64,000 nucleotides of DNA from Verrucomicrobiota bacterium. Lineage in GTDB: Bacteria > Verrucomicrobiota > Verrucomicrobiia > Limisphaerales > AAA164-E04. The position numbers were made by a program, and so were the translations under genes. Shown here piece by piece: positions 32,657 to 42,449 of the stretch. The notes under the pieces were generated by a model. It searched no databases, was not told the origin of the DNA, and saw only the letters and a program-made list of their open reading frames with translations. Position 1 is the stretch's first letter; each line of letters begins with the position of its first letter. The stretch spans positions 2,016,001 to 2,080,000 of the forward strand of contig CP170459.1 of the NCBI GenBank assembly GCA_047947115.1. Direction: 5' to 3'.

Positions 32657-33178
32657 AACAATCGGAGGGGTAAGCTCCGTCTGACACCCACTTCAAACCT
32701 TATGCTTATCGAACCCCGATCAAGGTACAATGGAAACGCCACAGGATAGCAAACACCCACGACTCCCCACGTTCCACGTCTCTTGCTCAGGAATAGTTTG
32801 AGGTTTCAGTATGGGACTGGGCGGAGCCATTCCCTCCATTGTTATTGATAGGAGGGGTAAGCTCCGTCTTGCACCCACTTCAAACCTTATGTTTATCGAA
32901 CCCCGATCAAGCTACAATGGAAACGCCACAGGATAGCAAACACCCACGACTTCCCACGTTTCACGTCCTTTGCTCAGGAATAGTTTGAGGTTCCAGTATG
33001 GGACTGGGTGGAGCCATTCCCTCCATTGTTATTGATAGGAGGGGTAAGCTCCGTCTTACACCCGCATCAAACTTCATAACGATGGAACCATTTTTACGCA
33101 GCAATGGAAACGCCACAGTCATTCGACTAAGCTCAGCCTCCCCGCATTCCATCTATTTTGCTCACCCCCTCCATTGTT
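32657..33178. repeat. Tandem array of 187-bp units with inverted ends (two full units and one diverged)
   Basis: GGAGGGGTAAGCTCCGTC starts at 32664, 32851 and 33038 (period 187). The full units end GG(C/T)GGAGCCATTCCCTCCATTGTT; the third unit retains CCCTCCATTGTT at ~33167. Confidence 0.92.
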
Positions 33179-33259
33179 TGAAACATGAACTGTACCCAGT
33201 TGGGAAGCGGGCCTGCAAAGGATCTTGTCCCCAGGCTTGGTCTCTGCTACGGTCCGCGT

Positions 33260-34486
33260 ATGCGCTTTCGACGGCGATTGCGGATAATCGGATGGATGAT
33301 CCTGGGCTTGTGGATGTGCCTTTCCTCTGCCCGGGCGCAGATAGATCCTGTCGACAGGCAGATGTTCCAACTGGGATACAACCAACCTTTGCAGGGGCGC
33401 GGCCCGATTGCCGGATACGCCTTTTATTACCTCAACAAACCGACTGCATTCAATCGCACCAACCTAACCTTTCGTTTGGCCGTAGCGCCGGTTTTTTTGG
33501 ATTCACAACTGGGTATCAAGGATGTCCTTGGTCCCGATACTGATTTGGCTGTTGGATTGGAAGGGGGTGGTTTTGCGGATAGTTTCGCGGAGATGCGGCG
33601 AGGTCGCTTTGTGCGCGGTGAATCGTTTGTGGGACATGGCGGCGGGACATCCTTGAGTTTGTTCCATCGGTTTAATCCCGATAGCCGCATCCCGCTTAAC
33701 GCCATCTTGCGCGGTGGATTTCATTATGCCGCATACGGAAGGGAAGATCGAACAGATCCGACGTTTGAGCTCCCCGATGATTTGAAGAATTTTAGTTTGC
33801 GAACCGGACTGCGTTGGGGGGGGCGAGCTCCGGTATTGTTTCCAAAAGTGGCCATGGAACTGTCCATCTGGCACGAAACATTGTTGCGTGGATCCCCTTC
33901 TGACTATGGGTTTGGAAATGATCGCACCGTGAATGATCGCAGTCACCTTTTTTGGACACGGGGTTTGCTTTACTACACTTTGCCGGAGAAGGGGCATCAG
34001 TTCTCTTTCAGTGTGACATTGGGAACCAGCACCCGGGCTGATCGTCTGTCCGCATACCGGATGGGTGGTTTTCTACCATTGATCGCTGAGTTTCCGTTGA
34101 ACATTCCCGGGTATTATGCGCAGGAAATCACCGCAACCGATTTCGCCTTGTTGAACGGATTTTACTCCATTCCGCTGGACCACGACAAAAACTGGTTCCT
34201 GGCATTCATGGCGGGAAGCGCTGCGGTGGACTACCTGCCCGGCTTGCAGCAATCAGGTGACTGGCACACCGGGGTGGGGGGAGGCATTCGGTATCGATCT
34301 CCCAATCGTGCCTGGCAGATTGCCCTGGGATACGGATACGGATTCAACGCCATTCGCAAAAGCGGACGCGGAGCTCACAGTATCGGTATCCTGTTGCAGT
34401 ATGACTTTGATCTCGGGCAGCCATTGTTTGATCCCGGATTGCCCCCGAGTCAATGGAGGGGTTTTGACCGTTTGTTTGGCCGTTGA
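33260..34486 (+). CDS. Probable outer-membrane beta-barrel protein of unknown function
   Basis: Signal peptide (…SSARA-Q); alternating Gly/aromatic amphipathic strands (GVGGGIRY, LGYGYGF, IGILLQYDF). Confidence 0.65.
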   Translation: MRFRRRLRIIGWMILGLWMCLSSARAQIDPVDRQMFQLGYNQPLQGRGPIAGYAFYYLNKPTAFNRTNLTFRLAVAPVFLDSQLGIKDVLGPDTDLAVGLEGGGFADSFAEMRRGRFVRGESFVGHGGGTSLSLFHRFNPDSRIPLNAILRGGFHYAAYGREDRTDPTFELPDDLKNFSLRTGLRWGGRAPVLFPKVAMELSIWHETLLRGSPSDYGFGNDRTVNDRSHLFWTRGLLYYTLPEKGHQFSFSVTLGTSTRADRLSAYRMGGFLPLIAEFPLNIPGYYAQEITATDFALLNGFYSIPLDHDKNWFLAFMAGSAAVDYLPGLQQSGDWHTGVGGGIRYRSPNRAWQIALGYGYGFNAIRKSGRGAHSIGILLQYDFDLGQPLFDPGLPPSQWRGFDRLFGR

Positions 34487-34737
34487 TGAGAGTTTTTTTA
34501 CAAGGATCAATCTTTTGCACAGAGCATTTATTTTTGTTTGCTTTGGAGAGGAAGTTCTTCAAGTTTATTAAAAAACCGGCCGGGAATGGACAGGCCCAGA
34601 GGATTATAGAAACAATGGACGCTGGCTCTGTGTATGTATGGGCTGTTCGGCTTCGAGGGGACTGTTGAAAAGGGGAGTTTGTCGAACGATGGGATTTACA
34701 AAAACAAATCACAACACAAAAACAGAAGGATAAGAAC

Positions 34738-35538
34738 ATGTCAGGAATGCATGAGGTGGATTACCAGATTTACGGAGCGGAAATGCAGTTTGTCGAAGTG
34801 GAACTCGATCCACAGGAGGCCGTGGTTGCCGAGGCGGGCGGTATGATGTACATGGACCAAAGCATCAAAATGGAAACCATCTTTGGTGATGGATCCGCGG
34901 AGAGGTCCGGATTCTTCGGCTCGCTGATGAGCGCTGGTAAACGCCTGCTCACCGGTGAATCGCTTTTCATGACCGTTTTCTCCAACCAAGGCATGGGCAA
35001 GGAACGCGTTGCCTTCGGTTCACCCTACCCGGGAAAAATTATCCCCATGCACCTTTCCGAAATGGGAGGAGAAATCATTTGTCAAAAGGATGCCTTCCTC
35101 TGTGCCGCAAAAGGCGTCAGCATCGGCATCGCTTTCCAAAAGAAGATAGGGCTCGGTCTGTTCGGTGGTGAAGGCTTCATCATGCAGCGTCTGCAGGGCG
35201 ACGGATGGTCATTCATCCACGCAGGCGGCACTCTCTACGAACGTGAATTGGCTCCGGGTGAAACCTTGCGTGTCGATACCGGGTGTGTTGTGGCCTATCA
35301 ACCCGGTGTGGATTTCGATATTCAATACGTCGGCAATATCAAGTCCGCCGTCTTTGGGGGTGAAGGTTTGTTCTTTGCCACACTCCGTGGCCCCGGTCGC
35401 GTGTGGCTCCAATCACTGCCGTTCAGTCGACTCGCAGGGCGTGTCCTCGCCTACGCGCCTCAAGCCGGTGGCAAATCGCGCGGTGAAGGTTCGATATTGG
35501 GTGGCATTGGTGGTTTGCTGGATGGAGATAATAGTTAA
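34738..35538 (+). CDS. AIM24 family protein (TIGR00266-like)
   Basis: [72 protein letters not shown]. Confidence 0.93.
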   Translation: MSGMHEVDYQIYGAEMQFVEVELDPQEAVVAEAGGMMYMDQSIKMETIFGDGSAERSGFFGSLMSAGKRLLTGESLFMTVFSNQGMGKERVAFGSPYPGKIIPMHLSEMGGEIICQKDAFLCAAKGVSIGIAFQKKIGLGLFGGEGFIMQRLQGDGWSFIHAGGTLYERELAPGETLRVDTGCVVAYQPGVDFDIQYVGNIKSAVFGGEGLFFATLRGPGRVWLQSLPFSRLAGRVLAYAPQAGGKSRGEGSILGGIGGLLDGDNS

Positions 35539-35539
35539 G

Positions 35540-35942
35540 CTACATCCTGCTGCATTTGGTTGGGGTTTTGGGCGCTTGTATCAAATAGGCGTTTTGGAAT
35601 TGCACTGCGATTTTGCGCAATGCCTTGTCGCGTGTCCAAAGAGGATAATCGTGTAAGATGCTCGACGTGAGGAGGTGTGCGTCTGTCCACCCGAGCCCCA
35701 GTCCAAACAGACTCCTTTGTTCTATCAATTCAAATACATCGCGATGATTGGCAGCAGGGACTGTTGGAAGGTTTTTTAACAGACTAAGTGTTGCCTTGCG
35801 CTTTTGGATGTTGCCACAGGAAAGCTCCCCAATGACGAAGGGGTGGGTGACGACTCTATCCTCTTCCAGTGATGTCGCCAAAAGGGCGTCTCCTTTCTGA
35901 AGGTGGTCCTGTCCACAAGGAAGTACCGACCAATGCATCCAT
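35540..35942 (-). pseudogene. vapC: PIN-domain VapC-type toxin, frameshifted near the N-terminus
   Basis: ATG at 35942 reads MDALVGTSLWT; a 1-nt shift then gives DHLQKGD...HPFVIGELSCG...GLGWTDAHLL...LWTRDK.L. The first catalytic Asp (VDTS) is Gly. No antitoxin recognised upstream. Confidence 0.78.
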
Positions 35943-36185
35943 TATACAGATTGACGCCTCTTCTGTCCCTTGTGACGTGCATGTTCAAAGATGCCATCCA
36001 AAGGGAAGTCCAGACGTGTTCGAGCCACAAATCGCTTTATACTGCTTCGGTAAACTATAATGAATCATGACAAGAGCAGGCCTCCCGAAACGAAAGGGAT
36101 TTCGAACGCCATAAGGGATGCGTCAGGGACGACAAGTCTCTACCTGGGCGAATGCCAGGTAGATCGGATTGACATCTGGAAATCT

Positions 36186-36242
36186 TAAACAACAATAAAA
36201 AAATACTGAAAAACAATAAAAAATAATTGAAATACAGTTAAG
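36186..36242. promoter_or_regulatory. Tandem operator candidates upstream of the XRE regulator
   Basis: AACAATAAAAAAATA occurs twice 21 bp apart, forming imperfect palindromes TACTG-N5-CAATA and AATTG-N5-CAGTT; TTGACA lies just upstream. Confidence 0.5.
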
Positions 36243-36261
36243 TTTAAGGTTTTGTTGCCTG

Positions 36262-36546
36262 GTGTCTATTGAGCTTAAACTAGATGTGGTGATGGCGGAT
36301 CGGAAGGTTCGGTTGAAGGATTTGGCTGAAAAAGTGGGGATCACTTTGGCCAATCTGTCGAATCTCAAGAACGGCAAAGCCAAAGCCATCCGGTTCAGTA
36401 CTCTGAACGCCATCTGCCATCATCTTGCATGCGAACCGGGCGACCTGATCCGCTTCAATCCTGATCCTGAAGCCCAGGAACAGTTGACTGACGAACACAC
36501 TTTTGCCGCCCCTGATATCTCCCTGCCACCTGATTTCCTGGATTGA
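36262..36546 (+). CDS. XRE/Cro-C1 helix-turn-helix regulator (YozG-like)
   Basis: LDVVMADRKV.L.DLAEKVGITLANLS.LKNGKAKAIRFSTL.AIC..L.C.PGDL. Confidence 0.93.
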   Translation: MSIELKLDVVMADRKVRLKDLAEKVGITLANLSNLKNGKAKAIRFSTLNAICHHLACEPGDLIRFNPDPEAQEQLTDEHTFAAPDISLPPDFLD

Positions 36547-36551
36547 GTTTA

Positions 36552-36744
36552 TTTAGACAGTCGGCGCATTCGCGGGAGATACGGGATGAACAGGATATGC
36601 AGGATGAGAAAATGGTTAGGGCAATTTGGGGCAGCAGGCTTCCCATTGGATGGTGTTGGGGATCGGATGTCACAAGGGGCGGGCCGAGAATGACCCGATC
36701 TACCTAAATAATCCATCCTATCAATCCTGTTCATCCTGTCTAAA
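36552..36744. repeat. Inverted-repeat element built from ~9-bp (A)CAGGAT units
   Basis: TTTAGACAG...GGGATGAACAGGATATGCAGGATG on the left; CATCCTATCAATCCTGTTCATCCTGTCTAAA on the right. Confidence 0.65.
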
Positions 36745-36816
36745 AAAACAAAACGCTCAATTCCTCAGGCCACAAGCGAGCTTGCAAACCACGGCAAACT
36801 GACTTTAGATGCTGTC

Positions 36817-38589
36817 ATGTCCACAACCCGTCGCTTAATGAGTGTCATCTATTCCTGTATGATAGCGGTTCTGCTGGTAAGTGCCTTCCATTTACCGACG
36901 AATGCCCAAGACAACAGTCTACCTGACACCTGGCGCGCCCAAAAGCGTCTGATCGATCTGCACCAGCACATCAACTCCACGGAAGAGCACCTGAGTCGGG
37001 CCGTTCGCATCATGGACCGTGCAGGTGTTGGCATTGGAGTCAACCTCAGCGGCGGCTATGTGACTCATAAAGAAGGAGAACCGTCCGCATTGGAAACGAC
37101 CAAAACACTTGCCGATAAACTGTTTCCGGGCAGGTTTGTTCAATACATGAATCTCGATTACAAGGACTGGGATGAACCAGACTTTTCAGAACGCGCCGTC
37201 AAACAGATCGAAGACGGCCATCGACTGGGGGCTGCCGGACTGAAGGAATATAAGCGATTGGGACTCTATTTACGCGATGGAGCAGGGGAATTGATCAAAA
37301 TTGACGATCCCAAACTAGACCCCGTTTGGGAAAAATGTGGGGAACTGGGCATGCCTGTTTCCATCCATGTGGCCGATCCGGTCGCCTTTTGGCTCCCATA
37401 CAACCAGCGAAACGAACGCTGGACCGAGCTGAAAGACCATAAAAGCTGGTGGTTTGGGGATCCCAACATCTTTCCCCCTCACAAGGATCTGCTCGCTGCC
37501 TTGGAACGTGTCATCACCCGACATCCTAAGACCACCTTTGTTTGTGTTCATTTTGCCAATAACCCGGAAGATCTGGACTGGGTTGAAACACAACTCGACA
37601 AGCATCCCAACATGATGGCCGACCTGGCCGCGCGCATCCCTGAAATCGGGCGCAAAGATCCGGAACGGGTGCGTCGCCTCTTTGTGAAACATCAGGGTCG
37701 CATCCTGTTCGCCACCGATTTTCAGGTTTACAACCGATTGACCCTGGGTTCCGGAGGCAGCGGCCCGGCTCCGACGGATGACGATGCCCAATCGTTTTTC
37801 GAGAAGCATTGGCGCTGGCTGGAGACCAATGATCAAGATTTCGAGCACATGACCCCGATTCAGGGCGACTGGACCATCAGCGGAATAAATCTTCCCCATG
37901 ACGTCCTACGCAAGATCTATTTCGACAATGCCCGAAAACTATTGGCCGCAGGCTTGCCCAAACGGGAAATCGTTGCGGTTTCGATTGCGCAGGATTTCGA
38001 AGTGACCGGCGATCTGTCGCACTCTTCCTGGCAGAAAGCAACTCCTACCTACCTTGAGCAAACTTCGCTTGATGGAACGGTTCGGCCCGAATCGAGCACA
38101 GAAATCAGAGCCCTCTGGACCGAGGAGTTTCTCTACATTGGATACAAGGCTTCCTTTGAAACATTGAATACCTTTCAGCCGCCCAACCTCACCGGCGAGC
38201 GGATTGGTCTATGGGAAAAGGATGTGGTAGAGGTGTTTATTGGCTCCCAACCGGATAAAATCAATCGCTACAAAGAATTTCAGGTATCACCGACCGGCGA
38301 ACGACTGGATCTCTCGCTCGAGTTGCCCGACCGTGACTTTGAATGGTTCAGCGAATGGGAAACAGCCGTTCACATCGATAAAGATGCTCACATTTGGTCC
38401 ACAGCCATGAAAATTCCCATGAGATCCATTGCTGACACCGGTTCAAATTCACATCCCGGCAAAGGAGACCGATGGCCGGTGAATTTCTATAGAATGGACA
38501 CGCCGCGCAAGGGATTTCTGGCTTGGAACCCGACCATGCACGGTTCTTTTCATCGCCCTGAACGCTTCGGTTGGATGAGATTTGAGTAA
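36817..38589 (+). CDS. Secreted amidohydrolase (Amidohydro_2) fused to a CBM9-like C-terminal domain
   Basis: IDLHQH, GLK, PVSIHVAD, VH, FATD; C-terminal IRALW...LYIG...LWEKDVVEVFI...YKEFQVSP.G...NFYR...AWNP...FH.PERFG. Confidence 0.86.
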   Translation: MSTTRRLMSVIYSCMIAVLLVSAFHLPTNAQDNSLPDTWRAQKRLIDLHQHINSTEEHLSRAVRIMDRAGVGIGVNLSGGYVTHKEGEPSALETTKTLADKLFPGRFVQYMNLDYKDWDEPDFSERAVKQIEDGHRLGAAGLKEYKRLGLYLRDGAGELIKIDDPKLDPVWEKCGELGMPVSIHVADPVAFWLPYNQRNERWTELKDHKSWWFGDPNIFPPHKDLLAALERVITRHPKTTFVCVHFANNPEDLDWVETQLDKHPNMMADLAARIPEIGRKDPERVRRLFVKHQGRILFATDFQVYNRLTLGSGGSGPAPTDDDAQSFFEKHWRWLETNDQDFEHMTPIQGDWTISGINLPHDVLRKIYFDNARKLLAAGLPKREIVAVSIAQDFEVTGDLSHSSWQKATPTYLEQTSLDGTVRPESSTEIRALWTEEFLYIGYKASFETLNTFQPPNLTGERIGLWEKDVVEVFIGSQPDKINRYKEFQVSPTGERLDLSLELPDRDFEWFSEWETAVHIDKDAHIWSTAMKIPMRSIADTGSNSHPGKGDRWPVNFYRMDTPRKGFLAWNPTMHGSFHRPERFGWMRFE

Positions 38590-38743
38590 TAAAGCTTGAT
38601 CCCATCCCCGAGCTGCCCCTTAATGAGGCCGCCAGGGCCCATGGATTGTGGACTTACGAACCCCGCCAGGGCAGGAATGCAGCAACGGTAGTTTGCTCTG
38701 CATATGCCGTGGTCGCCCTGGTATTTTCCTCCCTTTTTTGAGC

Positions 38744-39063
38744 GTAGCCGCCTTCGCAAGAAGGTGGTCAAGTGTGTCTATATATTCCCAAAAATCCTTT
38801 GAACCCCTTTGGAAATCCACGCTTTTGGAAGCGCGGCTACGTAGCCGCCTTTGCGAAAAGGTGGAGGAGCGCATTCGAATGGGTCGGTAGGGTCCTCTGG
38901 TGTTGGGGTGATTCTGCCACGCTTTTGGAAGCGCGGCTACGTAGCCGCCTTTGCAAAAAGGTGGAGGAGCGCATTCGAATGGGCCGGTAGGGTCCTCTGG
39001 TGTTGGGTGATTCTGCCACGCTTTTGGAAGCGCGGCTAGGTAGCCGCCTTTGCAAAAAGGTGG
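38744..39063. repeat. BIME-like array of alternating GTAG-type REP palindromes, period ~100 bp
   Basis: GTAGCCGCCTT(C/T)GCnAnAAGGTGG at 38744, 38841, 38941 and 39040, alternating with inverted CCACGCTTTTGGAAGCGCGGCTA(C/G) at 38817, 38917 and 39016. Confidence 0.88.
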
Positions 39064-39122
39064 TTTCCGTGAATGTCCAGATTGTGCTTGGCCAGGAGTG
39101 GATTGTAGGAGATACAGGGTTG

Positions 39123-41768
39123 ATGCTTCGTGTTTTTCTCTGTTGGTTGTGCTTGGTTTCGAGTCTGGCTTGCTTTGCTGAGCCACGGGTTCTTCATGTT
39201 CAGTGGCTTGCCAATGGTTTGCTTGAGCTTGAAGTTCGGGTGGACGACCTTTCAGAAGATCCTGTTTTTGCTGTGGTATGGAGTCAGGATTTGGCAGCGC
39301 CCTTGGCTTCCTGGGAACAATCGGACATTCAAGGACAACAGCTTTCCGATGACGGTTTATGGTTGGTCCAGGTCGAGGCATTTGGTTCGGGGCAGGCGTT
39401 TTATCGGATCATCCAGACAGATGGTCTGACGACTTCTTCTCCCATCGTTCTCTCTGAAATCTGCTCTTCCAATGCCGCGATTTTGATGGATGAAGACGGC
39501 GATTACTCGGATTGGATCGAGCTTTGGAACGGTGGTGATTCTATCGTTTCCTTAAATGGTTGGTCGTTATCCGACAGGGTCGATCCGCAGGATGCCTGGT
39601 TGTTTCCCGATGTCACCTTGGAGCCGAAGGAATACCTGCTGATTTTCGCATCAGGTAAGGATCGCCGTTTGGTGATTGATTCATTACACACATCTTTCAG
39701 GATCAATGCAGATGGTGAACCGGTTGTATTGCGTGATGCCGAAGGCAGGTTGGTGGATGCGGTTCGGTTGGGGGCGCTTGAGCAGGATGCCAGCCTGGGG
39801 CGTTCGGGCATGGATGGTTCTCAGTGGTTGGTGTTCGATGGGGATGCGGTCACTCCCGGAACATTGAATCGGGATGCGGGGGTTCTATTTGTTGAGCAAC
39901 CGGAACCCAGCTTGCAGCCGGGATTTTACGATCGTTCGATGACCTTGAATTTCGGAACCTTAATGGCGGGATTGACCGTATATTATACGGTGAACGGAGA
40001 TGATCCGTTGGACAATGGAGTGGAATTCGAAATTCCACTGAAGTTGGAGCAGACATCCGTAGTGCGAGCGGTGGCTGTGAATGCCCATGGCGATCGGAGC
40101 GAGGAGATGACGGGAACATACTTTATCGGGGATCGCCCCACTTTGGCGGTTGTTTCTCTGGCGGCCCCGGCGAGTCATTTTGAGATCCGGGACGGGTATC
40201 TTTACGGATTTGGAGAACACATGTTCGGGCGAAGAGGGACTGTGACCGCCAATTTTCCTTATTCGGCTTCCAACGCATGGAAGGACCGCGAAGTTCCGAT
40301 TTCTTTTGAGTTGTTCGAACCGGATGGGACTCGCGGTTTTCAGCAGGAGCTTGGAATTAAAGTCTTTGGCGGATGGGGATCGCGTGGATATCCCCAGAAA
40401 TCCCTGGCATTCTTCGCAAGAGCCGAATACGGGAAAGGAAAAGTGCGTTATCCGTTGTTTCCGGATTCGGATATCGATGCTTTCGAGTCTTTTGTTTTGC
40501 GCAATTCCGGCAATGATAATCAGAGCACACATCACATTCCACCCCGATCCGAGATTACTGCTTTTGGTCGACCGCAATCGAATGGAAGTTACTTTGTAAA
40601 TGGTAACTATACCTTGATGCGTGACGCCATGATGCAACGACTTGCCGCCAATTTACAGGTGGATCGACAGGCATATCGTCCGGTGATTGTTTACCTGAAC
40701 GGCGAGTATTGGGGGATTTACAATCTACGTGAAAAGTTGAATGAGCATTACGTGGCATCGCATTATGACCTGGAAGCGAATGAGATTGATTTGATTGAGG
40801 GTTATGGAACGGCCAATAGCGGAAGTTCCAGCCAGTACAGCGCGATGCGAAATTACATGGAAAGCTTGTCGCTGGCATCCGAGGATCGATATGCTCGGGT
40901 GGTTGACAACTATCTGGATGTCCAGAGTTTCACGGACTATCACCTGGCAGTCATCTATTTTCAAAACTTTGATATCGGCAACATCAAACAATGGCGTGCC
41001 CGGCGCGGGGGGAAGTTTCGCTGGATGCTCTATGATCAGGACTACGGATTCAACCTATGGAAACGGGAGGTATATCTGCCTGCCATGCGGCGTGATTTCG
41101 CGGATTACGACAACATGTTTGATTTCCACACCAACGCATCCGGTAACGGCACAGGATGGCCCAACTCAGGTGGGCGGACCATGATGCTGCGTAAGATGCT
41201 TGAGAATGATGGTTTTCGCACTCAGTTCATTAATCGTTGTGCTGATTTGTTGAATACCGATTTTGAAAGTGAAAGGGTTGTCGGTGTCATCGAAGAAATG
41301 GCAGCCGTCATCCGGCCGGAAATCCCTCGTCATTTGGCAAGGTGGAGTTGGGGGGCGTTGCTTGAACGCAACCACGGATCGCCCTTTGATGAAGAAGACG
41401 AGCCTCTGTCCATTGAACAGTGGGAATCCCATGTTCAGGGTTTGAAAGAATTTGCACGGGAACGTCCCGAAAAACTGCGTCACGATCTTATGTCGCATTT
41501 CGGTATGACCTCGGGCATATACCGCTTGCAAGTTCAAGTCGAGCCACCTGAGGCTGGGGTGGTTCATATTAACTCCACAACGCATCACGAGCTTCCATTA
41601 TCTGAGGGTATTTACTTCAGTGATGTTCCGATAGGATGTGTGGCTGAGGCTTCCGATGGGTATCGGTTTAAGGAATGGGCTCCGTCAGGCCAGACGACAG
41701 AGCTGATCCAGTTGCACCACCCGGAAGTAGCACTCGTTCAGCTCAAAGCCATCTTCACTCCTCAATAA
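39123..41768 (+). CDS. Secreted CotH-kinase-family protein with lamin-tail and Fn3-like domains
   Basis: LSEI..SN...DEDGDYSDWIELWN (LTD), PGFY...YYT.NG.DP, G..SR..PQKS, LRNSGND, YLNGEYWGIYNLREK, W.LYD.D.GF. Start moved downstream of the REP array. Confidence 0.88.
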   Translation: MLRVFLCWLCLVSSLACFAEPRVLHVQWLANGLLELEVRVDDLSEDPVFAVVWSQDLAAPLASWEQSDIQGQQLSDDGLWLVQVEAFGSGQAFYRIIQTDGLTTSSPIVLSEICSSNAAILMDEDGDYSDWIELWNGGDSIVSLNGWSLSDRVDPQDAWLFPDVTLEPKEYLLIFASGKDRRLVIDSLHTSFRINADGEPVVLRDAEGRLVDAVRLGALEQDASLGRSGMDGSQWLVFDGDAVTPGTLNRDAGVLFVEQPEPSLQPGFYDRSMTLNFGTLMAGLTVYYTVNGDDPLDNGVEFEIPLKLEQTSVVRAVAVNAHGDRSEEMTGTYFIGDRPTLAVVSLAAPASHFEIRDGYLYGFGEHMFGRRGTVTANFPYSASNAWKDREVPISFELFEPDGTRGFQQELGIKVFGGWGSRGYPQKSLAFFARAEYGKGKVRYPLFPDSDIDAFESFVLRNSGNDNQSTHHIPPRSEITAFGRPQSNGSYFVNGNYTLMRDAMMQRLAANLQVDRQAYRPVIVYLNGEYWGIYNLREKLNEHYVASHYDLEANEIDLIEGYGTANSGSSSQYSAMRNYMESLSLASEDRYARVVDNYLDVQSFTDYHLAVIYFQNFDIGNIKQWRARRGGKFRWMLYDQDYGFNLWKREVYLPAMRRDFADYDNMFDFHTNASGNGTGWPNSGGRTMMLRKMLENDGFRTQFINRCADLLNTDFESERVVGVIEEMAAVIRPEIPRHLARWSWGALLERNHGSPFDEEDEPLSIEQWESHVQGLKEFARERPEKLRHDLMSHFGMTSGIYRLQVQVEPPEAGVVHINSTTHHELPLSEGIYFSDVPIGCVAEASDGYRFKEWAPSGQTTELIQLHHPEVALVQLKAIFTPQ

Positions 41769-41902
41769 ACCAATGTGGTCACTCTGATGGATCATATAAA
41801 GCCTGGGATCAGAAATGTGTAGCGGGTTTTCGTGTGGTAAAGTTTTAAAACGTCCTGGCTTATTGTTTGCACTCGGCATGAACATGGTCTAACTATGTGG
41901 CC

Positions 41903-42250
41903 ATGAAATTACAGATTTACCAAATTCTGCATGTGGCCTCCATGGTGGTGTTGACCGCCTTCACCTTCATGGCCTTTGCAAACCCTGATCCGAAAGGGAA
42001 GAAGAAAACCATGATGATCACGGGCATGATGTCCCTTCTGATGCTGATTGGTGGCTTTGGCATGCTTGCGGTGTTGAAGTATGGTTTCCCTGCCTGGGTG
42101 TTCCTGAAGATTGTGTGCTGGCTTGGGTTGAGCGGCATGGCTGGCATGGCTTATCGTAAACCGGAAAAGATGGGCACTTGGAAATTAATGAGTCTGGCAT
42201 TTCTGCTCGTTGCGATACTGACGGTTTATCTCAAATCCAGTTTTGAGTGA
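41903..42250 (+). CDS. Small four-TM membrane protein (SirB2-like)
   Basis: YQILH, four hydrophobic helices, WVFLKIV.W, C-terminal VYLK. Confidence 0.65.
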   Translation: MKLQIYQILHVASMVVLTAFTFMAFANPDPKGKKKTMMITGMMSLLMLIGGFGMLAVLKYGFPAWVFLKIVCWLGLSGMAGMAYRKPEKMGTWKLMSLAFLLVAILTVYLKSSFE

Positions 42251-42449
42251 TTCTGTGAGTCCTTGCTCCTTTGCTGGATAAAGTTGACCTGACCTTTCAC
42301 TAGGGGTGGATGGTTGCGGGTTTGTGCTGATATGTCGCAAGCGGACTAAAGTGTGCCGAAATTGGTTTATTGTGTCTCCAGGCGTTGTCTTCAGTTTGTC
42401 ACATCATCCATCTTGTCCGGAACTCTTCGCTATGTAAGCTTTCGGTCAT

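Noticed and set aside
32664..33178. CRISPR array or coding repeat (ORFs 32998-33543, 32545-32760, 32961-33152)
   Set aside because: Whole units are duplicated with no unique spacers, and the period of 187 is not a multiple of three.
38744..39063. CRISPR array
   Set aside because: Two of three linkers are near-identical, the repeats alternate in orientation, and there are no cas genes; it fits REP/BIME.
38620..39381. 253-aa minus-strand ORF with internal repeats
   Set aside because: Translation of the REP array plus antisense of the CotH 5' end.
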